Part shown: positions 41,400 through 64,000 of the stretch, in pieces
Layout: the number at the start of each line of letters is the position of its first letter
Position numbering within the stretch: position 1 is the stretch's first letter
Source: the human T2T-CHM13v2.0 reference genome, Homo sapiens
Assembly: GCF_009914755.1 (NCBI RefSeq)
Contig: NC_060933.1
DNA: 64,000 nucleotides
Strand: one strand, 5' to 3'
Notes under the pieces: model-generated
The model's database searches: none
Told to the model about the DNA's origin: nothing
What the model saw: only the letters and a program-made list of their open reading frames with translations
Program-made: the position numbers and the translations under genes

Positions 41400-41810
41400 C
41401 ATTCCCTCAGCGAGGTTCAGAACTAGATGGTCATTTTAAGGTGTCCTCAAGGTGGCGTGCAAGTGGGTTGTGGCTTCGAGTGGCAGGTGTGCGGGAAGAA
41501 ACAACTAAGAAGACCCAGGAGCGCTCCAAGGCTGGATCTGTCACAGCTGGAAGAACAGCCTCCCTAACCCATCAGGCGCCAATGGGAGGTACCACAGCTG
41601 TGAGAGGCTGGTGGAGTTGGAACCTCCAGACCTAGAGATTCTGGGCACAGAAGCCTATTACCGCCAGACGCTGAGGCGTTGCCATGGGATCCAAGGGCGT
41701 TTCGGGTCAGCTCAGAGCCTTTCTCAGATAATTGTTTCGGTAACTGGGGAGCTGCTGTCCAGCGCACGCACTTATGAAGGCTTAATGTGCCGTCTCCCGC
41801 AGAGTCTTCT
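41400..41810. promoter_or_regulatory. Possible decayed CpG-island promoter
   Basis: Local GC/CpG rise, RFX X-box-like gttgccatgggatc (41678-41691), gccaat near 41578. Confidence 0.35.
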
Positions 41811-42300
41811 TTGGTCTGAGAGCCACTTGTTTCTTACATCCTTGTGCTAATCTCACCATCTGCTCCTACATATCCCAGGCATTTGCCACATGCTGGTCCT
41901 CTCTTTCCTGACAGGCGGGCCATCTCTCCAGCTTCTGTGAGGACAGTTCAAATTATGGAGGAGGGGGCAGGTGCAGGGCAGCAGTGCTGAGGGGAGTACC
42001 ATGCAGTTGGGGGAGCAGGGACTCATTTTTCTTTGTAGCTCAGATTCCTAAGCCTGTGACTTTGAGTATCGGTGTCTTCCTTGCAATGTTTCAATCTGAG
42101 GTTCTTGGGGAGAGTGCAGAATTGGAGCCCGATGGAAGACCGGTGGAGAGAGGGGTGGGTGGAGGGAACATGGAGAATGTGTCAGGTGGTGTCTATTCCT
42201 GGCACCTTACTTTGCCTGCTGGAGTTTCCCAGTCTGTTCCAGATGCATTCTCTCGACCCTGAAGGGACCTGAGGGGGGATGTTGGTCTCCAGTGTGTGCT

Positions 42301-46577
<4,277 letters not shown>

Positions 46578-46678
46578 TTAATTTTCTTCATGTCTTAACA
46601 TGATTCTTGCCTTGTCAGAGATCATCCTATCTGAAATTGAAACTATTTACCACTTCCCTTTTTTTCCATAGCACTTAA

Positions 46679-46921
<243 letters not shown>

Positions 46922-47164
46922 TGAGGTGATCCAAACCACCTCGGACTCCCAAAGTGTTGGGATTACAGGGGTGAGCCACCACACCCAGCCCTGGCTAATT
47001 TTTGTATGTTTAGTGGAGGCAGGTTTTCACCATATTGGCCAGGTTGATATCGAACCCCTGACCTCAAGTGATCTCCCTGCCTCGGCCTTCCAAAGTGTTG
47101 GTATTACAGGCATGAGCCACTGTGCCCGGACTGCTTTTTGACAAATCATCTCTGTTCTTACATT

Positions 47165-47292
47165 ATGTCCACTAGAATGTAAACTTGATGAGAGCAGGAG
47201 ATATTGTCAATTTTGTTCAATGCTATTTATCCCTAGAGCCTAGAACTGTACCATGCACATGGTAAGGAGACAAATATTTGTTGAATGAATAT
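47165..47292 (+). mobile_element. L2 3' end
   Basis: cactagaatgtaaacttgatgagagcagg...aaatatttgttgaatgaat. Confidence 0.85.
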
Positions 47293-48140
47293 ATTGAGCA
47301 GCTGTTCTCAGACTGTTTGGTTTCAGAAATTCTTTGCTCTCTGTTTCTTTACTCCCGACCTCAGGTGATCTGCCCACCTTGGCCTCTCAAAGTGCTAGGA
47401 TTATAGGAGTGAGCCAAAACACCCACCACCCAACTAATTTTTGTATGGTAGTAGGCACCGAGTTTTGCCATGTTGGCCAGGCTGATCTTGAACCCCTGAA
47501 CTCAAGTGATCCCCCACCTCAGCCTTCAAAAGTGCTGAGATTACAGGCGTGAGCCACTGCACCTGACTAAATAAACCAAAAACTTTAAATAAGTGCATTT
47601 GGAGGAAATACTTATAACAGATAAAATGGACAAACAGATAATTCTAATTTACTGTCTCTCTGGCTTAATAAAATATTAGTCAATACCCTAAGAAGAAAGG
47701 AACAAAATCTAAAAATTCACCATTCACAAACACAAATAGTTGGAAAACAAAGTCAAAACCTAAGAACTTGTTGACTTATCTCTCCTCTGAAATCAGCTCT
47801 TGAATGTGTTGAACCAGGATTGACCTCGGATTAGGAAATTTTTAAAATATTTTTTAAAGTTTCACTTTTTGGAATTTAAAATTAATCCAAATTATATAAT
47901 ATATAACATTTGGAATTTACCAGTCAATACTCTATCATTTTATTTTTCACTCTTCAAATAATTTCTTGTTCAAGAGTTTAAAATGCTTGTAAAATTAATA
48001 GATTCTGCAGGCTATGGTCTGTAGAGACTGTCTCTACAAAAAATAAAACTACATATACTTTAAAATATATATAAAATATATATTTATTTAAATGTATATG
48101 TTTCAAGTATATAAAATATTTTTTTTAAATTTCATTTTTT

Positions 48141-49562
<1,422 letters not shown>

Positions 49563-49817
49563 TTAAACATACAAGGATGCAGATGCCATACACACAAATA
49601 TGTATGTATATGTCATGCTTGTATACAATTTTAAATGCATATATGTGTTCTATGGATATGTAAGCATTTCTCTATTTTCACAGAAATGTCACTCTAAATC
49701 AGTACCTAGGGAGGGTCATCATTTTCTTTATCTACAAATCAAGACACAGTATGAGTGGCTGCACCCAATTTGGTAAGTCCTCTATTATTGAGGATGTTTT
49801 CCTGTTTCCTTTGTCAT

Positions 49818-53904
<4,087 letters not shown>

Positions 53905-54425
53905 AGTGATATAGTGATTATATATAATATATAACTATATAGTGATTATAGTTTATAATTTTAACTATATCATGTCTCCTGCCTCATAAGTGCCACTGGA
54001 CAAGGTCCCTTTTATGAACTCAGCTGCTGTCAGAGGTAAATGTATTTTGAAGTGGAGAACAAAGATAAGTGCAAAATTGGCATGGAGAACTAAGGTAATT
54101 ATGAAAGTTCCAGATACAAAGAGAGAGGGCTCAATATGCCAGCAGTTCTCTTCCAATCCATCCTAGCGGCCTTCTGTTAGGATTGCCTAAATAATGCAGG
54201 AGATGGGTGCAAGACACACAAGTGTTCCAGAAGCATGTAAACAAGGTACAGAGAAGAGGATAAGATAAAATAAGATGAGATAAGAATATTAGGAATGCCT
54301 TGTTCAGAAGATTGCCTACAGAGGCAAAAGGGACAGTTTCATTTTGCTGAGGGAAACAGGGTGGTAAGAACCCTCCTGGGGAAGATCCCCACTTACCCTG
54401 ATACAGAAAGAAGGTGTAAAATTTT

Positions 54426-54915
54426 GTAATGGGAGAGCATTAGGCTGAGATAGCTCCCATGGCCAGGGTTCCTGCATAGACAAAATGAAACAAGCTTAGC
54501 CCACCCACAAGTGGCCCGCTGAGTATTAGCTGCGTAATGAGAGACCTACCACCAGGATAGTTCAAATAATGCAACTGCCCACATTTTTGCCAATCAAATA
54601 ATTTCTCTACTTTACTTCTATATTCACCCTGTAAAAGCCTTCCTTACAAACACCTCCAGTAGATCCTCCAACCACTTTCAGTTTGGAGCTGCCTGATCCA
54701 TGAATCTCTGTTTGCTTAAATAAACTCTTTAAAATTTTAATATGCTTAAGTTTATCTATTTTTTTCTCATTTTAAAAAATTGAGATGGGATCTTCCTATG
54801 TTGTCCAGGCTGGTCTTAAACTCCTGAACTCAAGGGATCCTCCTGCCTCAGCCTCCTGAGTAGCTGGAATTATAGACGTGTGCCTCCACACCCAGCTTAC
54901 ATTTATCTTTAAACA
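54426..54915 (+). mobile_element. MER57-like ERV1 LTR with a FLAM inserted at 54758-54896
   Basis: TG start, gccaatcaa, aaataaactctttaaaattttaat...tttatctttaaaca end; tttatct repeated around the FLAM. Confidence 0.65.
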
Positions 54916-56814
54916 AGGGTTTGACCTCTTTCTGAAATATATTTCTGTGAAGACCTGTACCCTCAGTGATATGGCAGGCTCATTTTAGACCACTGAGCAC
55001 TTTTGTCTCTGGACTACAATTTGCCCTTTGTGACCTGCTCTACTAAAAAATTCAAGTGTAATTCAAGTTAGTTTACCCTCTGCTGATCAGGGGAGATTGC
55101 TCTTGGTGCAAGTTCAAAACAGGCACTCACACCTTCATTCATACCCCAAATCTCAGCATCACACAATACACCCATGTAATAAACCTGCAAAGGTACCCTC
55201 CGAAATCTAAAATGAAAGTTGAAATTCATTAAAATTTTAATTTCATCTTATTACAAAACAAAGATAAATTTACTGCTTTCCAATTTTGATATATATATTA
55301 TACTGACATACACACTGTATTCTATGGTGAATTATGTTGATTGAATTTCACGTTTTAAACTAACACTGAGTTACTTTGAAAAACTCTATTGGGTGATAAT
55401 GTATTATGTTTTTAATATATTTTAATACAATTTGCAAATATTCTGTTTTAAAATTACATCTATGTTCCATAAATAAATAAATATGTAAAAATAATAAATG
55501 TTTTTATTATTCAAGTGAAGATTATAGCAATATTTTTGAATATCTACTTAATCTCAACTAGTTTTAATTCAGAAGTAGCAACTCCATAGAAATTCAGCTT
55601 ATTACTACCTTATTACTCATACTTGTCTCCTTGAAGAAGCTTCATTGCTATCATCCAGTTTAGACTGGGATGTCATAAATCTCTAGAGTGAGTAGTATAA
55701 TATCCACTGTACAAATAAAATCAAATTATTATTATAATGTTATGATACCTCCAAATACAAAAAGCAAGCCCATGGATGTCAGGTTAAGGTATAGAGACAA
55801 ATATTCCTACTTACTATCTTTTAGGGCAGACATATCCCAGCCAAGCTGATTGCAAAATGAAATGGAAACCATATGGTGGAAGGGGACTTGGGACTCACAC
55901 AGATTGGATTTTCATTCCAACACTTACATACACAAGCTGCATGACTCTGGGTAGATTGCATATTCTCTTAGACTTTCAATTTCCTCATCTGTGCAATGGC
56001 AGTTAATGCCTATGGGCTATGGCTGATGTGGGGATAAAAGAACCAACATGGATGCATGGGCAGGGCCTGGTCCATGGAGCAGCTGGCATCAATAAATGGA
56101 AGCCCCTTCCCATCTTGTCTTTGCATGCACCACAAAATCCGGAATATGTGGGTATAAAAAGTACTCTTAAAAGAGACATAATTGGAAACTTTTGCAAAAA
56201 GAGATTGGAAAGGTGTCACATCTTGTGGCATGAGGAGCTGTGGGCATACACTTGAACTTTGTGCTGTGAGATATCCACAGAACTTCAGTAGCTGAAGAGA
56301 ACAGTTTAGATGTCATCTTATTCATCTACCATAGAACTTCCTCTTCTTCTCTGAGATTTCTAGACAATAACTTTTACAGCTCTAATAATGCTGTTGTCTC
56401 CCAATTGTTTGGACTATTCTAATAGATACAAAGCAGTATTTCACCAGGAGATGCTACTGCAGTTTGTATGATGATTTCAAACTGAGAATCTATTTAAAGT
56501 TATGCAATACTCTTTTTTGGAAATAGGGTGAAAGTAGTTTACGTTTAAAATCCTATAAAATAGGTTTACAGTAAATAATTACCTGTTGCAATATCTATCA
56601 TACTATCTTATATTCACACATGTGTTGGTGTCCTAATACATATGTATGAGAGTGAAAGTTACCTGAGGTCAGAGACTGTGCCATATGTTCCCTGCACCAC
56701 TGGTGCCTATCTCAGCACATGATATACAGTAGATGCTCAATAAATACTTTCACTTAAAAAATGCACTGAGAATAAATCTTATTAGACATCAAAATACATA
56801 TGAGTACAATCTAG

Positions 56815-57024
<210 letters not shown>

Positions 57025-57769
57025 TAGTAGGCACAGGGTTTCACCATGTTGGCCAGGTTGGTCTCAAACTCCTGAGCTCAGGCAATCTGCCCACCTTGGT
57101 CTCCCATAATGCTGGGATTACAGGTGCCAGCCACCACGCACAGCCACAAAATGTTTTAAAGTAGCTTCAAAACCCATTTGCAAATAGATGTATTCATAAC
57201 AAGCTGCAAACAAGAAAACATTGAGCTTCATATAATAGAAGGGTTCTTCCTGGATTTGCATGTGGCTCCATCATTTGTTTGCTGTTGGGCCATGGTCAGG
57301 TTACGTAGCTGCTCTCTGCCTCCACATAGGCTTTATGCCTGTGTATCCCTCATCTACAAAATGGGAATAATAAGAATATCTAACAGTTAGAAGTGGAGAA
57401 AATATATGTAAAGACCTTTGAAAAGGGCTTGTGAAAGCTCAATAATTGTCCTCAATAATTGCTCTCAATAATTGTCAGCTATCATTCAATAATAATCATA
57501 ATCATGAAAATGTATGACTCAAAGAAAGATTCTGACTTCATATCCAGCTTCCCAAAAGAATCAGACACTGGACCTGTGAAAAGAATGACATTGAGATGTA
57601 TTTTCACATTGCTAAGTTGGTTTTTTCTTTGCCATTCAATTTCTGCAGTCCCTACTCTAAGCCCATGGTCCACCTTTTTATTTTTCCTCCTAAGATGTCT
57701 TCCCTTCTTGTAAGATTTACTTTTCCTTAAATAGGGCCCTTTTCATCCACCCACTCTTTTGCCCTTCCC

Positions 57770-58053
57770 AGAAGTTGGTTAATGGGCACAAAAATACAGT
57801 TAGATGGAAGGAACAGAAAAATTTCTAGTGTTCAATAGCACAGTAGGGTGATGATCATTAACAATAACTTATATATTTCAAAATGACTAGAAGAAAGATG
57901 TGGAATGTTCTCAACACAAATAAATGATAAATGTTTGAGGTGATGGATATGCAAATTATCCTGATTTGATCACTACACATTGTATGCATGTATCAAAATA
58001 TCACATGTACCCTACAAATATGTATAATTGTCATGTATCAATAAAAATAAAAA
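57770..58053 (+). mobile_element. L1MA 3' end
   Basis: aaatgataaatgtttgaggtgatggatatgc...atcaaaatatcacatgtaccc. Confidence 0.9.
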
Positions 58054-58289
58054 GGCCTATTTCTCTTTCCTTCCTCCCCGCATTCCCTCCTGTCCCAGAT
58101 GTGTGTTGTTCCTGGTGCTCTCCTGCCCCCCGTTCAGCCAGCACTGAGCCAGCAGGAAGGATCTCACAGGTCATATCCTGAGATCAACCCTCCACCACTT
58201 CAGGTAATAATCCTCCTGCTTTTAGTCATTTATATCCTTTGGTTCATACATATTTTGAGTCAAGTACCTTCTAACTACTGATCTACATA

Positions 58290-58673
58290 ATATTCCTTGG
58301 TTTTTAAAGATAATACAAAGTGGATTTTAGTAACAATCTTGAGTCACCACAGAAGCTAATGAAGCTGGGGATTCCACAAAGCCATCCAAGCATATAAAGC
58401 CCATTTCCTTGGGTCCCTTTTCCTTAGCTCAAGGCCACAAAAAATCAGAACGTAAATTCCAGCCCACATTTGCATTATGTCTAAATAATTATGAGTTATA
58501 AATGAAGCTAACAAATAGTTAAATATGTTCTATTCTCCTATTTCGATAAATATACTGCCATAATAACCCACAAGGTCAAAGTTGAGTGTAGAATTCTCTG
58601 ATTTCTTGGTGCTCTGCACAGGAATGTGGTAGTAAAGGGAGAGCCGATCATCAGCCCCAGGCTAAACTTTTTT
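58290..58673 (+). repeat. Source copy of the ~400-bp segment duplicated at 60642-61049
   Basis: ccttggtttttaaagataatacaaagtggattttag...ctaaacttttttc occurs twice. Confidence 0.96.
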
Positions 58674-59019
58674 CTTTCATCGTAGGTAGCCCTGTCCTCA
58701 CTTGAGAAGCTTTGCATACCCTTGTGTGGGGAACTCCCTAGGCCCCATGCAAGCTCCATCCACAATTCTCACCCCTTCAGAAAGCAGATCCTTGGGCACC
58801 ATTTGGACAAGCACAGTTTGCACTTTGAAATGGACCCAGGGAAGAGGCCATGCAGGCTCAGGCACATTTCGCCAGGTCCCTGAGTGCCCAGCGTGTGCCC
58901 TAGAAGAGAGGGTGAAGCTCTGAGTGGGCCAGGGTACAGTCAGTGGAGGGCCAGAGAGGCACCTTCTCAAGTGCAGGATTCAGGGCAGGGGTCCTCTTGC
59001 CCAGATCGATGGCTATGAT

Positions 59020-59492
59020 TGCTTAGTTAAATGGCGCCTGCGTCATGTTTTCTCAGCTCACCTTTCATTCAGTCTCAGCCACCGTGAGAAGTTCCATGGA
59101 AGCACAGGCTTCTCTTGTGCTGCCAGCAAACTCAAGGTACACTTTCTGCCCTAGGGAATCTCCATTATTGTAGGATTTTGCCTGAGCACAAATACAGCCC
59201 AGAAACACTTGCAGGTTAACAGCCTCAGGGGAAGACCTCAACCAGTGTGGGACAGGTGGACAAATGCTCCAGGCTCATGTTTCAGGTGGACATTTCTGGA
59301 TAACTTTCTGGAGCCTCTCGGAAGGTCCTGCAGAAAAAACTGCACGGCAGGAGCCTCAATAGCATGCCATTATTTTGGCTTTTCTTTCTTGCCTGGCTCA
59401 CTCTTCCCACTTCTGACTCTTGCTTCTTGGAATCACTTTCCAAATAAACCACCCACACCGAAGTCCTTACTCCAGCTCTGCTTCTAGGGATA
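59020..59492 (+). mobile_element. LTR16-type ERVL LTR, cut by the Tigger1 insertion
   Basis: aaatacagcccagaaa...aatcactttccaaataaaccaccc...cagctctgcttctaggga. Confidence 0.7.
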
Positions 59493-62075
<2,583 letters not shown>

Positions 62076-63009
62076 TTTTTCTTTTTCTTGATATAAGGTC
62101 TCACTCCATTACCCAAGCTGGATTGCAGTGGCATGATCTTGGCCCACTCCATACTTGACCTCCTTGGCCCCACAATCCTCCCACCTCAGCCTCCTGAGTA
62201 GCTGGGACTAGTAGCATGCACCACCATACATGGCTTATTTTTATTTATTTATTTATTTATTGTTAGAGACAGGGTTTCACCATGTTGCCCAGGCTGGTCT
62301 GAAGCTTCTAAGCTCAAGCCATTCCCCCACTTCAGCCTCACAGAGTGCTGGGATTACAGGCGTGATCCACCCTGTCTGGCCTCTAAATTCGTGTTATGGA
62401 GACTCATTTTCATGGTTAAAATGTCCTGAATTGACTGTGGCCTGTTGGGAGGTGGGATGGAGGAAACTACTTATGGAAAATGAAGAAGAAAGGGAAGCAC
62501 ACCAGAAGCAAGAAAGTGTCATCAATTTTTACATCAAGGCCTCCATGATAAAGAGAAAGTACAGGTGGCCTGTTATCAAGGCTGACCATTGGACTGTGGA
62601 CTGCACCTGCATCTACCAGGTTCTTCTGGATAGTCCCAGTTTTAAATTTTTGACCTGACATTCATGAACACAGTGCTACTGGTCAGACCTTTGTCCAGGT
62701 TTAAGCTTCAGAACATAATGTCTTCATGCAGTGGGAGGCCTGATTATGGTTATGATTCTGCCCTGGGGCATCTGCCCCTTCTTACCTGGAGGTAAACTTG
62801 GCATCTACTACTTACCTCTACACTTGAACAGCCAAGGATGGGCTGAGCACAGAGGCTCACATCTGTAACTCCAGCACTTTGGGAGGCCAAGGCAGGAGGA
62901 TCGCTTAAGGCCAGGAGTTCAAGACCAGCCTGGGCAATATAGTGAGACCTCGTCTCTGTAAAAACAAACAAACAAAACCGAGGATGGGTGGGTGACAGGG
63001 AGCAGTTCA

Positions 63010-63453
<444 letters not shown>

Positions 63454-63767
63454 CTACAAAAGTCAAATTCCATCTCAAAAATAATAATGATAATAATAAT
63501 GTTTTCTACAAGCAAGGAGTTACTTTGTACTGTGAACTGGTGTGAAGGGATCTGCCATGTGTAAGCTTTTGGATTGATGACAGTTATTTCTAATTTTAAA
63601 AATAGCAACCCAACAGAAAATTGGGAAAATGCATTCATAGGGATTTCACAAAAGAGAAAGCCTGCAAAACATAAAAATTTTCTCAACCTCATTAGTAATC
63701 AGGGAAATGCACAAGATACTACACATCTATTCTCTCCACAAATATTAAGAAGTTTGACAATACAAAA

Positions 63768-64000
63768 TGTATTAGTCCATATTCACACTGCTGATAAAGA
63801 CATAACTGAGACAGGGAAGAAAAAGAGGCTTGATTGCATTAAGGGTTCCACATGGCTGAGGAGGCCTCAGAGTTACGGTGGTGGATGAACAGCACTTCTT
63901 ACATGGCAGTGGCAAGAGAATATGAGAAGGAGGCAAAAGAAGCAAAAGACAAAACCACTGATAAACCCATCAGATCTTGTGAGATTTATTCACTATCACG
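63768..64000 (-). mobile_element. THE1 MaLR LTR, running off the window end
   Basis: tgtattagtccatattcacactgctgataaagacata...ataaacccatcagatcttgtgaga. Confidence 0.93.

Noticed and set aside
56019-56255. 78-aa ORF in apparently unique DNA
   Set aside because: No recognisable homology or convincing splice or promoter context.

Overview
Primate (human-like) genomic DNA with no intact protein-coding gene that I can support; the ORF track is almost entirely Alu-, microsatellite- or transposon-derived. The window reads as a mosaic of at least three blocks: (1) ~1-15.0 kb, GC-rich and Alu-poor, with MaLR/ERV LTRs, an old L1 and a 1.2-kb (CATC)n array; (2) ~15.0-53.9 kb, very Alu-dense and typical of a KRAB-zinc-finger cluster; (3) ~53.9-64 kb, AT-rich, with MIR/L2/L1, a Tigger1 and a THE1 LTR. 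Block 2 carries the 5' half of a KRAB-ZNF gene whose peptide matches my recollection of human ZNF850: an apparently intact promoter (ZNF143 SBS, CCAAT, TCTCGCGAGA), an MNME start exon, a 127-nt KRAB-A exon with a premature TGA and a 96-nt KRAB-B exon, but no C2H2 finger exon. The most unusual signals are structural: an old ~3.5-kb internal duplication with an inverted leading piece, a circularly permuted L1MC segment, a ~400-bp locally templated insertion inside Tigger1, and recurrent AT-rich filler at junctions. Repeat subfamily names come from recalled consensus sequences and repeat boundaries are approximate. I found no convincing new biological system; the best functional candidate is a chimeric non-coding transcript driven by the duplicated KRAB-ZNF promoter.
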